From NCBI GenBank assembly GCA_947444925.1, contig CANFBW010000002.1:64396-128395 (forward strand): DNA of 64,000 nt, written 5' to 3'. How positions within the stretch are numbered: the first letter of the stretch is position 1; every line of letters starts with the position of its first letter. Source of the DNA: Flavobacteriales bacterium (GTDB lineage: Bacteria > Bacteroidota > Bacteroidia > Flavobacteriales_C > GCA-002722245). Below are positions 39,678 to 50,977 of the stretch, one piece after another. The position numbers and the translations under genes were made by a program. The notes below the pieces were generated by a model. The model saw only the letters and a program-made list of their open reading frames with translations. It had not been told where the DNA came from and made no database searches.

Positions 39678-40778
39678 AAGATCAGATAGGTTTTCTGAAC
39701 ACAGTTTCAATAAGCACAGTTCTATCAGCAAACGCTTGTTTTTACTGGATTTGTATTGAATATCAGCTTCGTTGATAACTTGCAATCCGCAGAGCAAAAA
39801 ATCGTCGGAACACTTTGCGGTTTGTTCGAGATAAAGTGTTTTGTTTTTTTCGGATGTTTCAAGAATGGTCGTTGTAATGGCGTTTTTACACAACAGCAAG
39901 TTTCGGAAATGTTCGCCAAGTCCAAGGATGAAGTTGTGTTCGTCAAAACCTTTGGCCAATACTTCGTTGAGCAGCATTAAACTGTCGGGAATATTTTTGT
40001 CGAGTAAAAAATTGGTCGCTTTAAAATAGTAATCTGAATCGAGCACATTCAAGGTGCTGATGACCGCTTGGTAGGTCAGGTTCTTGTTTGAGAAAGTGAC
40101 CAGTTGATCAAAAATTGATAAAGCATCGCGCAATCCGCCGTCGGCTTTTTGCGCTATGATATGAAGAGCGTCGGCTTCGTAAGCGATGTTTTCTTGTTTT
40201 GCAATTTTTTCGAGGTGCTGCACGATGTCATTTACCGTTATTCTGTTGAATGAAAAAATCTGGCAACGCGAAAGGATGGTGGGCAGTATTTTGTGTTTCT
40301 CTGTGGTGGCCAATATAAATACGGCATGCGCCGGCGGTTCTTCCAATGTTTTCAAAAAGGCGTTGAACGCTGATTGAGAGAGCATGTGCACCTCATCTAT
40401 AATGTAGGCTTTCTTTGTTCCGATTTGCGGTGCAATGCGCACTTGATTGACCAAGTTACGGATATCGTCTACTGAGTTGTTGGATGCAGCATCGAGTTCA
40501 TATACATTGAGCGACTGCCCAGAATCAAAAGATTTGCAGGATTCACATTCATTGCAGGCCTCAATGTCTTTGGTGATGGATTGACAGTTGATGGTTTTTG
40601 CTAAAATTCGAGCGCAGGTGGTTTTTCCTGTTCCTCGCGGACCGCAAAATAAAAATGATTGCGCCACCTGATGGTTGCGAATGGCATTTTTTAACGTGGA
40701 TACAATGGAAGTTTGTCCAACTACCTGATCAAAGGTGGCTGGTCTGTATTTTCGTGCCGATACTACAAAGGATTCCAT
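39654..40778 (-). CDS. dnaX: DNA polymerase III subunit gamma/tau, N-terminal ATPase part; zero-frame product stops 8 codons after an A10 run
   Basis: YRPATFDQVVGQ...CGPRGTGKTTCARILAK...CNECESC zinc module. Frame ends ...DLKKKSFAN*. Confidence 0.8.
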   Translation of the reverse strand: MESFVVSARKYRPATFDQVVGQTSIVSTLKNAIRNHQVAQSFLFCGPRGTGKTTCARILAKTINCQSITKDIEACNECESCKSFDSGQSLNVYELDAASNNSVDDIRNLVNQVRIAPQIGTKKAYIIDEVHMLSQSAFNAFLKTLEEPPAHAVFILATTEKHKILPTILSRCQIFSFNRITVNDIVQHLEKIAKQENIAYEADALHIIAQKADGGLRDALSIFDQLVTFSNKNLTYQAVISTLNVLDSDYYFKATNFLLDKNIPDSLMLLNEVLAKGFDEHNFILGLGEHFRNLLLCKNAITTTILETSEKNKTLYLEQTAKCSDDFLLCGLQVINEADIQYKSSKNKRLLIELCLLKLCSENLSDLKKKSFAN

Positions 40779-41012
40779 GTGGAGGCAAATATAGGAAAGA
40801 GTTTAGAGTTCGCTGTATTGCACGAGGCTTGTTTTTAAACAATTTATAAAAAAGGGATTGCTATATTTGCAGTTCAGTGCAAAGTGCTTGAAAGCAACTA
40901 TTAACGAGTTCTTGTTAATAAACTTTTAAAAAGATTTGGTTGTAACAAATTCTTTTGTATTTTTGCCCTCCGCTTTTTTTTATGGCGGGATGAATATTTT
41001 TAAATAAACTGA

Positions 41013-41378
41013 TTGGTAATGAGTCAATACGAGACAATTTTTGTGATGACGCCGGTTCTTTCAGACGAACAGTTGAAAGAAACAGTGAGCGAGTATGTTA
41101 ATTTATTGAAGCAAAAGGGCGCGGAAATCGTTCACCAGGACAACTGGGGCTTAAGAAAACTAGCGTATCCTATTAAAAAGAAATCAACAGGGTTTTACCA
41201 CCTTATTGAATTCAAGGGACCAGGGTCTGTGATAGCAGAACTTGAATTAGCCTATAAAAGAGATGAACGATTATTGAGATTCCTTTCTGTGAATCTTGAC
41301 GATCATGCAGTCGCTTTCAATGATAAATTCAGAGGAAAGTCAGGAAGTAAGTCTAAAAAAGAAGAAGTAAAAGCATAA
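41013..41378 (+). CDS. rpsF: 30S ribosomal protein S6
   Basis: YETIFVMTP...[11 protein letters not shown]. Confidence 0.9.
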   Translation: MVMSQYETIFVMTPVLSDEQLKETVSEYVNLLKQKGAEIVHQDNWGLRKLAYPIKKKSTGFYHLIEFKGPGSVIAELELAYKRDERLLRFLSVNLDDHAVAFNDKFRGKSGSKSKKEEVKA

Positions 41379-41388
41379 TTCGAAAACA

Positions 41389-41655
41389 ATGGCAGCAGAG
41401 TCAGATATCAGATATCTTACACCTCCTTCAATTGAGGTAAAAAAAGATAAATATTGCCGCTTTAAAAAAAGCAAGATCAAACATGTGGATTACAAAAATC
41501 CTGATTATTTGATGCGTTTTTTAAACGAGCAAGGTAAGGTTCTTCCAAGAAGACTTACAGGTACATCTTTGAAATTTCAAAGAAAAGTATCTCAATCTAT
41601 TAAAAGAGCGAGACAATTGGCATTGTTGCCGTTTGTTGCAGATAATTTAAAATAA
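41389..41655 (+). CDS. rpsR: 30S ribosomal protein S18
   Basis: YLTPPS...[26 protein letters not shown]. Confidence 0.9.
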   Translation: MAAESDIRYLTPPSIEVKKDKYCRFKKSKIKHVDYKNPDYLMRFLNEQGKVLPRRLTGTSLKFQRKVSQSIKRARQLALLPFVADNLK

Positions 41656-41663
41656 GAATTGCA

Positions 41664-42110
41664 ATGGAAGTGATCTTAAAAAAAGACATTCAGCCTCTTG
41701 GATTCCAAGATGATGTTGTTACAGTAAAGCCTGGTTATGGCAGAAATTTCTTGATTCCTCAAGGATACGCTGTTTTGGCTACAGTTTCTGCAAGAAAAGT
41801 ACATGCTGAAAACGTTAAGCAACGCGCTAAAAAAGACGAAAAAGCAAAGGCAGATGCAAATGCATTGGCTGCTAAACTTCAAGGTTTAGAAGTTAAGGTA
41901 TCAGCAAAAGCTGGCGAAAGCGGAAAAATATTTGGTTCAGTAATCAACGTACAAGTTGGTGACGCATTGAAAGCTTTGGGCGTTGAGATCGACAGAAAAA
42001 CGATCAAAATCCTTGGTGGTGGCGTTAAGACTTTGGGTTCTTATGAAGCTGAAGTGAAATTGCACCGTGAAATTACTGCGAAATTTAATTTCGAAGTTGT
42101 AGCTGGATAA
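41664..42110 (+). CDS. rplI: 50S ribosomal protein L9
   Basis: MEVILKKDIQPLGFQDDVVTVKPGYGRNFLIPQG. Confidence 0.9.
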   Translation: MEVILKKDIQPLGFQDDVVTVKPGYGRNFLIPQGYAVLATVSARKVHAENVKQRAKKDEKAKADANALAAKLQGLEVKVSAKAGESGKIFGSVINVQVGDALKALGVEIDRKTIKILGGGVKTLGSYEAEVKLHREITAKFNFEVVAG

Positions 42111-42130
42111 GCAAAACAAAAAACGTAGAA

Positions 42131-42162
42131 GCCCCTCGATACAAATCGAGGGGCTTTTTTTA
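42131..42162 (+). terminator. Rho-independent terminator of the rpsF-rpsR-rplI operon
   Basis: gcccctcga-tacaaa-tcgaggggc followed by T7. Confidence 0.7.
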
Positions 42163-42173
42163 TTTTATGGGAA

Positions 42174-43190
42174 ATGAAAAATATTAAGTTCATGTTGGTC
42201 TTGCTGTTTTCGCAACAGATGTTGTCGGCGCAAGAAATAGTCATTGCAAATTGGTACAACGACAAATCGGGGGCAGTGGTGATGTCTTTTGACGATTGGT
42301 TGGAAGGGCATGAAAAAATTGTAGTTCCTGAACTCATTAAAAGAAATTTGCCTGCTACTTTTTTTGTTTCAATACAAAACGCAAAATGGCGGCGTACTTC
42401 CTACGAAGTTATGCGCGAGGCACAGGCGCATGGCTGTGAAATTGCCAATCACACGATGACGCATCCAAGTTTACCCACGCTTTCCCACGCGGCTGCTAAA
42501 ATAGAAATTGACGATGCCCGACAAACGATCATCGATTCAGTGCCCAGTGCGCAGTGCCTCACTTTTGCCTATCCTATGGGAACCAAAAATCCTGAAATCA
42601 TTGCAATGGTGCAGCGCCAGCATATTGGTGCCCGCAGTGTGGCATTGATTGACGAGCGAAATATCACTTACGACTTCGCCAGCGATAGCAGTGATTATTT
42701 CAAAATAGGAACTGTTCGCGTGTGGCACATTGTAAGTTTAGAAAAGGTGGTTCAATGGCTTGATTATACTGCAAAAGGTGGTGGTTTACTTACATTTATG
42801 TTGCATTCGGTGTACAATGAAAATATAGAAAAAGGCTGGGACGCCATGCCGCAGGAATATATATGCGCGATGATGGACACCTTGAAATCGCGTCAAGATA
42901 TATTGTGGGTATGTACTTTTGCTGCCGCTATGAAATACCACCAAGAAAAGAAACAAACGGAGATCAAATTGATCAAAGAAAAGAAAGGAGTGCGCACGTT
43001 TGCGCTCCAATCGCCTTTAGATGCAACGATTTACAATCAAGAACTTACATTAAAGATGGCGAAAACTGCTAATACAACTAAAATCAAACAGGGATTTAGA
43101 AATGTAGATTTTCAATATTCAGCCGATGGAAAATGGATATTGTTCAACGTGCTTCCGGGAAGCGGCAATTTCACCATCGACAGCAACTAA
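42174..43190 (+). CDS. Secreted polysaccharide deacetylase-like (NodB fold) protein
   Basis: Signal peptide, MSFDDW, ANHTMTHP motifs. Confidence 0.6.
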   Translation: MKNIKFMLVLLFSQQMLSAQEIVIANWYNDKSGAVVMSFDDWLEGHEKIVVPELIKRNLPATFFVSIQNAKWRRTSYEVMREAQAHGCEIANHTMTHPSLPTLSHAAAKIEIDDARQTIIDSVPSAQCLTFAYPMGTKNPEIIAMVQRQHIGARSVALIDERNITYDFASDSSDYFKIGTVRVWHIVSLEKVVQWLDYTAKGGGLLTFMLHSVYNENIEKGWDAMPQEYICAMMDTLKSRQDILWVCTFAAAMKYHQEKKQTEIKLIKEKKGVRTFALQSPLDATIYNQELTLKMAKTANTTKIKQGFRNVDFQYSADGKWILFNVLPGSGNFTIDSN

Positions 43191-44008
43191 GGATTGAGTA
43201 AGTTGGCGTATTGGTATTCTTCAAACAAACCAATGTCGTCGTATATCAATTGACGTATGGGTAGAAAATTGTCTTTGTCGGCGTAGAAGGTGATTTTTTT
43301 GCAGTACAAGTTTGGAATTAAAATTTCTTCGTCTTCGTCCAAGTCATCATAATCATCAACCGTTTCCTTGTTTTTCTCCAACATCATGTAATCGCTGATG
43401 TTTAAACGCGTTGCGATGGTGGTTAAGGTTTCGTCTTTTTTCACAATGTATTTAACAAATGCAAACTGCGGGAAATTGCAGCTCACAACCAAGCATTTTT
43501 TGCCTTGCCACTCTGTTTCACCATCAATAGTGCAATAGTCTTTGTATCGGTAGCCTATTTTTTGTGAATAGGTATGCATGATTTTCGCGAAGTAATTAAA
43601 ACCTATTTCGAATATAGTGTGGTGTTGCTTGTCGCGCAACAATGAACCGAATGGATCAAGTTTAAGGGTAACGTATGGAAACGCATTGGGCTTTACTGTT
43701 GCTTTGTTGTCGTTCGTTCCGGTGGCGAATAGCAGTTCTTTTCCGCCTTGAGGTCCTAAAGTTTTCAAGTACAGTTTAAAGGGATTGTTTTCGAGTTTGA
43801 TTGCACTCGATCCTTTTTCCATCACACCTTTGATGCGCTCTGATTTTGTAAAGGTGAATGACAAAACGTTATTTGCTTTTACGGCTGCTATCGTTTTTTC
43901 AATGACTTCATTTACTTTTAAATTTTCTTGCGCCAACTTGGCGCTGCTAAAAGAAAACACAGCAGAGCAGCAAATAATAAAGAGAATTATGGCGCTGTGT
44001 TTTTTCAT
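43187..44008 (-). CDS. Secreted protein with C-terminal LysM-like segment
   Basis: Signal peptide. C-terminal DETLTTIATRLNISDYMMLEKN...ILIPN resembles LysM. Confidence 0.4.
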   Translation of the reverse strand: MKKHSAIILFIICCSAVFSFSSAKLAQENLKVNEVIEKTIAAVKANNVLSFTFTKSERIKGVMEKGSSAIKLENNPFKLYLKTLGPQGGKELLFATGTNDNKATVKPNAFPYVTLKLDPFGSLLRDKQHHTIFEIGFNYFAKIMHTYSQKIGYRYKDYCTIDGETEWQGKKCLVVSCNFPQFAFVKYIVKKDETLTTIATRLNISDYMMLEKNKETVDDYDDLDEDEEILIPNLYCKKITFYADKDNFLPIRQLIYDDIGLFEEYQYANLLNP

Positions 44009-44049
44009 ATTTAACTTGTTCTACGGCCAATCTCTGTATTAGATACAGC

Positions 44050-44550
44050 TTATTTTTTATTTCCCTTTTCCACCGCAGCAAGTGATTCCATAACCTTTAT
44101 TTTCAAATTTTCTTTGAAAACCAGCATTCTTTGTTGCACTTCGGGATTGGAAGCGCCTATGATTTGTGTGGCCAGTATACCAGCATTTTTTGCTGCGTCA
44201 AGTGCCACTGTTGCTACTGGCACGCCATTGGGCATTTGTAAAATTGAAAGTACAGAGTCCCATCCGTCGATAGAGTTGCTTGATTTGATAGGCACCCCAA
44301 TTACCGGAAGCGGCGTTAAAGAAGCGACCATTCCAGGCAAGTGTGCAGCACCGCCCGCACCAGCAATAATAACTTTGAGTCCTCTGCCCGCAGCAGATTT
44401 TGCGTATTCAAACATACGCTCTGGCGTGCGGTGCGCAGATACTACGGTGATTTCAAATGAGATTTTCAACTCCGTTAGCACATCAGCAGCATCTTGCATG
44501 ATTCTTAAATCTGATTGGCTACCCATGATGATTCCTACTTCTGCGCTCAT
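44050..44550 (-). CDS. purE: N5-carboxyaminoimidazole ribonucleotide mutase
   Basis: [10 protein letters not shown]...AHRTPE...[13 protein letters not shown]. Confidence 0.9.
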   Translation of the reverse strand: MSAEVGIIMGSQSDLRIMQDAADVLTELKISFEITVVSAHRTPERMFEYAKSAAGRGLKVIIAGAGGAAHLPGMVASLTPLPVIGVPIKSSNSIDGWDSVLSILQMPNGVPVATVALDAAKNAGILATQIIGASNPEVQQRMLVFKENLKIKVMESLAAVEKGNKK

Positions 44551-45689
44551 GCTATTACTTTTAAAGTGTCTTTAATAATTTTTGCTTTAACAATGGCTTT
44601 CTCAAGGCTTTTGTCGACTACAGTGACATGTCCCATTTTGCGAAAAGGTTTTGTTTCGGTTTTTCCATAAATGTGCACATTGACACCGTCAGTGGCCATT
44701 GCCTGCTCAATGCCTTGGTATTTGACAGCGCCCACATAATCTTTTTCGCCAAGTAAATTCACCATTACTGAAGGGATGGTGATGTCGGTATTTCCTAAGG
44801 GCATGCCCATAAGACAGCGTAGCAATTGGTCGTATTGCGAAGTTTCGTTGCCTTCAATAGTTTGATGCCCACTGTTGTGAGGGCGCGGCGCAATTTCATT
44901 CACAAGCAGTTCGCCCTCCTTGGTGATGAACATTTCCACGGCAAGTATACCCACCATATCTAGTTGCACAATGATTTTTTTTGCCAATTCCATCGCCTGT
45001 ATTTCCAGTGTTTTTGAAATTTTAGCTGGAGAAAAAAGAAATTCCACCAAATTTGCTTCGGCATTGAATTCCATTTCTACTGGTGGGTAAGCTTTCACGT
45101 CGCCATTTTGCCCACGACAGGCAATGACTGAAATTTCTTTGTGAATAGGAACCAGTTGCTCCAGGATGCAAGGACCGTCAAAAGCGTTTTCAATATCGGC
45201 TGCGCTTCTAAGTACTTGAACTCCTTTACCGTCGTATCCGCCTTTGCGCAGTTTCTGTACTAAGGGCAATTGATTTTTGAAGAGTTCTAAATCCTGTTTT
45301 CCTTCAATCAAATAGAAATCAGAAGTAGGAAAACCGTTGTTCTTGTAAAATAATTTTTGAAGTCCCTTGTCTTGCACGACTTTAATGGCGCGTGGTTGCG
45401 GAAAAACCTTAATCCCTTCTTTTTCCAATTGCTCAAGTGCTTCAACACATACATTTTCAATTTCTATCGTCACCACATCGCATTTTTTGCCGAAGTCGTG
45501 TACCAATTTAAAATTATTGAGATCACCGCGGTAAAACCAATTGCTGATTTCCCTGCAGGGTGCGTGAGTGTCAGGATCGATAAAAGCCATTTCGACGTTG
45601 TAGCTGTATGATTTTTGGAGCAACATTCTGCCCAATTGACCACCACCCAAAACGCCTATTTTTAATCCTTTATAGAAGGGTTTTTCCAT
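44547..45689 (-). CDS. purK: N5-carboxyaminoimidazole ribonucleotide synthase (ATP-grasp)
   Basis: [14 protein letters not shown]-terminus, ATP-grasp core. Start moved to ATG 45689; stop overlaps the purE start at 44547-44550. Confidence 0.85.
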   Translation of the reverse strand: MEKPFYKGLKIGVLGGGQLGRMLLQKSYSYNVEMAFIDPDTHAPCREISNWFYRGDLNNFKLVHDFGKKCDVVTIEIENVCVEALEQLEKEGIKVFPQPRAIKVVQDKGLQKLFYKNNGFPTSDFYLIEGKQDLELFKNQLPLVQKLRKGGYDGKGVQVLRSAADIENAFDGPCILEQLVPIHKEISVIACRGQNGDVKAYPPVEMEFNAEANLVEFLFSPAKISKTLEIQAMELAKKIIVQLDMVGILAVEMFITKEGELLVNEIAPRPHNSGHQTIEGNETSQYDQLLRCLMGMPLGNTDITIPSVMVNLLGEKDYVGAVKYQGIEQAMATDGVNVHIYGKTETKPFRKMGHVTVVDKSLEKAIVKAKIIKDTLKVIA

Positions 45690-45814
45690 GGGGTCAAAGA
45701 TAGAAAAAAGTTGTGAGTTCTTTGTTTGTCCCGTAGGGCTCTTCATTCTGTAGGGTAAAAAGCAACAATTGAGTAATTTTTGTATATTAGACACCTTGTT
45801 TTAAAATCGCTACT

Positions 45815-46393
45815 ATGTTGAACATTGTTTTATTTGGCCCTCCGGGCGCAGGAAAAGGCACGCAATCTACAAGATTGCTGGAGAAATATGGTTTGGTGCA
45901 CCTGTCTACAGGTGATATCTTGAGAGCTGAAATAAATGCCGGAACGGTGTTGGGACTTACGGCGAAGTCACTTATTGATAAAGGTGAGTTGGTGCCCGAC
46001 GAAGTGGTGATAGGCATGATTGATAATAAAATTAGCGCTAGTGCAAACAAGAACGGTTTTATTTTCGATGGATTTCCGCGCACTACACCACAAGCTAAAG
46101 CTTTGGATGAAGTATTGCAGAAAAAAAATACGGGTATCACTTGTATGTTAGCGCTTGAGGTTCCTGAACCTGAACTAATTGTTCGTTTGCTCGAAAGAGG
46201 AAAAGTGAGTGGTAGAGCTGATGACCAAGATGAAAACACGGTGATCAACAGAATTAAGGTATACAATGAGTCTACGTTGCCATTGAAAGATTTTTACAAA
46301 GCACAAGAAAAATTCGCTGCCATTCACGGTGTTGGAACGGTAGATGCTATTTTTGAATCGCTTTGCGAGGCCATTGACGGCGTTAAAGCCTAA
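45815..46393 (+). CDS. adk: Adenylate kinase
   Basis: GPPGAGKGTQ P-loop, short-lid form. Confidence 0.9.
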   Translation: MLNIVLFGPPGAGKGTQSTRLLEKYGLVHLSTGDILRAEINAGTVLGLTAKSLIDKGELVPDEVVIGMIDNKISASANKNGFIFDGFPRTTPQAKALDEVLQKKNTGITCMLALEVPEPELIVRLLERGKVSGRADDQDENTVINRIKVYNESTLPLKDFYKAQEKFAAIHGVGTVDAIFESLCEAIDGVKA

Positions 46394-46484
46394 CGCAGTT
46401 CAAAGTTTCAGGTTCAAAGTTCGAGGGAAGCTAGGTACGGGAATGAAACATTGAACATTTAACTTTTATCATTGAACGAATAAA

Positions 46485-47468
46485 ATGGAAAACAACTTTA
46501 TAGATTACGTCAAAATTTGCTGTCGTTCGGGCGCTGGAGGTGCGGGTTGCATGCACTTTTTGCGGGATAAGATCACCGATAAAGGTGGTCCAGATGGCGG
46601 AAATGGAGGCAGAGGCGGACACATTATTTTGCGTGGCAGTCATCAGCATTGGACTTTACTCCATTTAAAATATAGAAAGCACATTATTGCCGAAAATGGC
46701 GAGCCTGGTGGTTCAAGTCATAAGTCAGGTAAAACTGGGGAAGATATTATTTTGGATGTACCTTTGGGTACCATTGTTAAGGATGCCGAAAGTGGAAATG
46801 TGGAGTGTGAAATTATTGAGGAAGGGCAAACCTATATCATTGCTCCAGGAGGTAGAGGCGGAATGGGTAATTCAAATTTCAAATCGGCAACCAACCAAAT
46901 GCCGCAACACCACCAAACAGGTGAAGAAGGAAAAGACGACTGGAAGATTTTAGAGTTGAAAGTTTTAGCCGATGTTGGCTTTGTTGGTTTTCCGAATGCA
47001 GGTAAAAGTACTTTATTGTCGGTGATCACCGCTGCAAAGCCCGAGATCGCGGACTATCCTTTTACGACTTTAGTGCCAAATTTAGGTATTGTAAAATACA
47101 AAGATTACAAATCATTTGTAGTAGCGGATATTCCTGGAATTATCGAGGGAGCGCACGAAGGGAAGGGCTTGGGTCATCGTTTTTTGCGCCACATTGAAAG
47201 AAATTCGATTTTGCTTTTTGTGATTCCTGCCGACAGCAATGACATTAAAAAAGAGTACAACATTTTGTTGAATGAGTTGGAAGAATACAATCCAGAGTTG
47301 CTCGACAAAAAAATAGTTTTAGCGATCAACAAGTCTGACATGCTCGATGATGAGCTGAAACGCGAAATCGCCAAGGACTTGCCGCGCGTGCCTTATCTTT
47401 TTGTTTCTGCGTTGAAAAAAGAAGGATTAGAGCAATTGAAAGATTTGCTCTGGAAGGAACTCAAATAG
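46485..47468 (+). CDS. obg: GTPase Obg/CgtA
   Basis: Gly-rich Obg fold ([15 protein letters not shown]). G domain GFPNAGKST. Confidence 0.9.
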   Translation: MENNFIDYVKICCRSGAGGAGCMHFLRDKITDKGGPDGGNGGRGGHIILRGSHQHWTLLHLKYRKHIIAENGEPGGSSHKSGKTGEDIILDVPLGTIVKDAESGNVECEIIEEGQTYIIAPGGRGGMGNSNFKSATNQMPQHHQTGEEGKDDWKILELKVLADVGFVGFPNAGKSTLLSVITAAKPEIADYPFTTLVPNLGIVKYKDYKSFVVADIPGIIEGAHEGKGLGHRFLRHIERNSILLFVIPADSNDIKKEYNILLNELEEYNPELLDKKIVLAINKSDMLDDELKREIAKDLPRVPYLFVSALKKEGLEQLKDLLWKELK

Positions 47469-47486
47469 AATTCATAACTTTAGCGA

Positions 47487-48062
47487 ATGGTGGAAACAGT
47501 CATTCAGTGGGATAGACAGCTGTTCAAGTGGGTCAATCAGAGTTTGTATTCTGATGCCATGGATGTGTTGATGCATTACTTGAGCGAGCGCTTGATCTGG
47601 CTACCGATTTACGTTGCGGTGATTTTTTACCTGTTTTACATATTTAGTGAAAAAGTTTGGTGGATATTGCTCGCAGTGGCCATGCTTGTGGCGTCAACCG
47701 ATGTGGTGTCCTCACATGTTATAAAAAAGTCCGTGCAACGTTATCGTCCCTGTCAAGAAAAAGCATCCCTTGGCTTTGTTGTCCGTCAATATCCAGGAGA
47801 TGGATGCAGCGAATATGGATTTGTGTCGTCACACGCGAGTAATTCTTTTGGATTGGCAGTTTTTTTTGGCCTACTTTTTTTTGACAAGAACAAATGGTGG
47901 TTATGGGGATCATTGCTTTGGGCTTCATTAATAGGCTTTAGTCGTATTTATCTTGGTGTGCATTATCCTTTAGACGTTATTGGTGGAGCGATTTTAGGTG
48001 CAAGTTTTGGTTACATTTGGTGGAGGTTTTTAGGTGTGAAATTAAAAAACGTAGAAGCATGA
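47487..48062 (+). CDS. PAP2-family phosphatase (undecaprenyl-diphosphatase-like)
   Basis: KxxxxxxRP (QRYRP), SSHAS, SRIYLGVHYPLDV motifs. Confidence 0.75.
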   Translation: MVETVIQWDRQLFKWVNQSLYSDAMDVLMHYLSERLIWLPIYVAVIFYLFYIFSEKVWWILLAVAMLVASTDVVSSHVIKKSVQRYRPCQEKASLGFVVRQYPGDGCSEYGFVSSHASNSFGLAVFFGLLFFDKNKWWLWGSLLWASLIGFSRIYLGVHYPLDVIGGAILGASFGYIWWRFLGVKLKNVEA

Positions 48063-48433
48063 ACTTTTTGTCGATAGTGCTGATTTTTTTGGGTGGCGGT
48101 GCAGGTAGCGTGTTGCGTTATGGCATTGGCCGAGGTGCTCAGCATTTTGTGCAATGGAATTTTCCGCTGGCGACCTTTATTGCCAATGTGGTGAGTTGCA
48201 CCGTGATGGCTTTGGTTTTGTATTATTTTAAGGAGAAACCCGCTTTCGAAACAGTATTCAAAACATTTGTGTTGATTGGCTTTTGCGGTGGCTTGAGTAC
48301 CTTTTCAACTTTTTCGTATGAGACTTTTCTTTTGCTGAAGCAAGGAGAAAAAGGCATGGCTTTTTTAAATGTTGGGTTGAGTGTGCTAATGTGTTTGTCG
48401 GTCTTTTATTTTTTTATGAAGGAGGCACGTTAG
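48059..48433 (+). CDS. crcB: Fluoride channel CrcB/Fluc
   Basis: GGGAGSVLRY...GFCGGLSTFSTF motifs. 4-bp overlap with the PAP2 gene. Confidence 0.8.
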   Translation: MNFLSIVLIFLGGGAGSVLRYGIGRGAQHFVQWNFPLATFIANVVSCTVMALVLYYFKEKPAFETVFKTFVLIGFCGGLSTFSTFSYETFLLLKQGEKGMAFLNVGLSVLMCLSVFYFFMKEAR

Positions 48434-48505
48434 CAATAGTGTAGTTTTGTTGGCGTTAAATGATTTTAGGCAAGATTATTGTTGCTGTTTTGATGAGATT
48501 GTATT

Positions 48506-50926
48506 TTGTTGAAGATTCGCTATAAATATTTAGTAATAATGTTCTTCCTTTTGGGAGTTGGTATTGTTCGTGCCCAATTGGTGGTGAATCACCAGGACGT
48601 AAATTTTCTGGTGCAAAAAGTATTGCTGTGTGACAATATTAAAGTTTCGAATGTGGTGATCAATGCGAACACCAATATGCTGGGCTACTTCAACGGTACG
48701 AAGTCGAATGTTGGTTTGAAGGAAGGATTGATTTTAAGCACGGGAAATGTGAGTCACGCCATTGGTCCAAACAATGAAGCAGGCGATCCTATTGACGTTC
48801 CGCCCGATCAGAAGAAGGGCTATGGTTTGCCCGGTGATCCTGATTTGGAAAAACTGTCGCCCCCTACGATGGATGCCGCCGTATTGGAATTTGATTTTGT
48901 GCCACTTGCCGATTCAATCTCTATTAAATATGTTTTTGCTTCTGAAGAATACCTCGAATATGTGAACAAGGGCGTTAACGATGTTTTTGGGTTTTTCCTG
49001 AGTGGGCCCGGTATTTCCGGTCCGTATGCGCGGGGAGCCGTTAATATTGCTTTGACACCCGGCACTTCTACCCCGGTGAGCGTGAATACGATCAACAAAA
49101 ATAAAAATTCAAATCTGTACATCGACAATGGCACCGGACTTCCGGGAACTGCGCAATACAATAACAATAAGGTGGTGCAGTATGATGGACTTACGCGCCC
49201 ATTGGTGGCGCGATATCCGGTGACGCCCGGGTTGACTTATCACATTAAGTTGGCTATTGCCGATGTTGGTGATGGTATTTTTGATTCTGCGGTTTTTTTG
49301 GAAGCAAACAGTTTTTTTTCAAAAAACTTCAACACGCATCAAATCGTCACTTATGAAAGTCTTTATGAAGGCTGCGACAGCGCTGTGGTGAGTTTGAAAA
49401 TGACACCTTCTAAATTTAAGATTGGTAAAATTCCTGTCCGTTTACTGGGGACTGCGCAAAATGGCATCGACTATAAAAAGTTGCCCGACTCGGTGATGAT
49501 CAACCCCATCAACGGAACAGTTTCATTCAATATCGTGCCTTTGAAAGACAATGTTGCCGATGACAATGAGTTTGTTGATATTGTATTGATTAGTTCACCC
49601 TGCAGCAGCGATACCATTCATTTTTCTATCAAAGATCTTATGCCTATTGTTGCAACCAGTTATGATACGGTATACTGCGGTCAGCAAATTAATATTACGG
49701 CGAAATACAAAGGTGGTGCCGATGCGAGTCTTTCTTGGTTGATGAATGGCAGCGATAAAAAAACCATTTCGGTGAATCCGGGCTGGAACAGTACCGATTA
49801 TTTTTACACCGTTAACGACCATTGTAAGCAAGGTCCTGTACAAGCCAAAGTGCGCGCTGTGGTGAACAACAAAAAACCAAAGGCGGGTCCCGACCAGCGC
49901 TATTGCAGTGGTCCAGATGTGATAGTGGGGGAGTTGCCCAATGCAGGTTTTTCATACAGTTGGAATCCAACAGCAGGATTGAGCAATGCTTTGGTTTCGC
50001 AGCCAACGGTTAGTCTCACCAATTCAAGTGGCACTAAAAGTGTAGTCAACTATATTGTAAAAGCCGACAATGGCATGTGTCAGGCGTACGACACTGTAGT
50101 AGTATCTGTATTGCCCAATCCATTGGCAAACATTGATCCCGTGAACATGGTGGCTTGCCCGATCTTCTATGTTAATCCTAAAGAAAATTCTCTTGTCGCT
50201 GATTCTGTCGAGTATTTTTGGTCGAGTTCAACGGGTCAAAAGAAGAGAGGAAAAAATGCGATTCTTGCTTTTCCCACGCAGGGTTTTTACAGCTTGTATT
50301 TAACGGTGACAAATTATGGCATGTGCAGTTCGCAAGACAGTGCGTCCCATAACGTTGAAATATTAACGCCGCCGGTCGCTGACTTTACTTTGAGCGATAC
50401 GGTTGTTAATATGATTACTCCCACCATTAGCATTACAGGTAATGCGCAATTGGCTGACACTTGTTTTTCTGATGTGTTGAGTCCAACAGGCGTTTTGCTG
50501 TTCGCCTCTCCTACTTGTGATTATACTTTCGATATTCCTACAGCGGGCAACAACAAGGTGGTGCAATACGTCATTGCGAAAAATGGTTGCAGAGATACCT
50601 TAGAAAAAAATATTTATGTGAAGCCCGAGTACTTTGTGTATGCACCGAATGCCTTTACGATCAATGGCGACGGTTTGAACGAAGAATTTAAGGTGTATTA
50701 TTCATGGGCGATTACCGACTTCGACTTCACGGTTTACGACAGATGGGGTCACGAGATGTATCACCAAGTGGGTGATGGCCGAGAAGTGTCATGGGATGGC
50801 CGAGCGCTCGATGGCAGCATGCAACCCATTGGTGTGTATGTGTACAAGTACACTTATTCGCGTCCGCTTCGGGGAAAGATGGTAGATAAAGTGGCGGGAT
50901 ACGGTCACATCACCTTGTTGCGATAG
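48506..50926 (+). CDS. Secreted multi-domain protein with T9SS type-B C-terminal sorting domain
   Basis: Signal peptide from a TTG start. C-terminal YAPNAFTINGDGLNEEFKV...YDRWG CHU_C signature. Confidence 0.7.
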   Translation: MLKIRYKYLVIMFFLLGVGIVRAQLVVNHQDVNFLVQKVLLCDNIKVSNVVINANTNMLGYFNGTKSNVGLKEGLILSTGNVSHAIGPNNEAGDPIDVPPDQKKGYGLPGDPDLEKLSPPTMDAAVLEFDFVPLADSISIKYVFASEEYLEYVNKGVNDVFGFFLSGPGISGPYARGAVNIALTPGTSTPVSVNTINKNKNSNLYIDNGTGLPGTAQYNNNKVVQYDGLTRPLVARYPVTPGLTYHIKLAIADVGDGIFDSAVFLEANSFFSKNFNTHQIVTYESLYEGCDSAVVSLKMTPSKFKIGKIPVRLLGTAQNGIDYKKLPDSVMINPINGTVSFNIVPLKDNVADDNEFVDIVLISSPCSSDTIHFSIKDLMPIVATSYDTVYCGQQINITAKYKGGADASLSWLMNGSDKKTISVNPGWNSTDYFYTVNDHCKQGPVQAKVRAVVNNKKPKAGPDQRYCSGPDVIVGELPNAGFSYSWNPTAGLSNALVSQPTVSLTNSSGTKSVVNYIVKADNGMCQAYDTVVVSVLPNPLANIDPVNMVACPIFYVNPKENSLVADSVEYFWSSSTGQKKRGKNAILAFPTQGFYSLYLTVTNYGMCSSQDSASHNVEILTPPVADFTLSDTVVNMITPTISITGNAQLADTCFSDVLSPTGVLLFASPTCDYTFDIPTAGNNKVVQYVIAKNGCRDTLEKNIYVKPEYFVYAPNAFTINGDGLNEEFKVYYSWAITDFDFTVYDRWGHEMYHQVGDGREVSWDGRALDGSMQPIGVYVYKYTYSRPLRGKMVDKVAGYGHITLLR

Positions 50927-50977
50927 TTTGCTTATTGTGCCTACTTGTGTTAAATTCGTGATTCAAAATACAGCACT

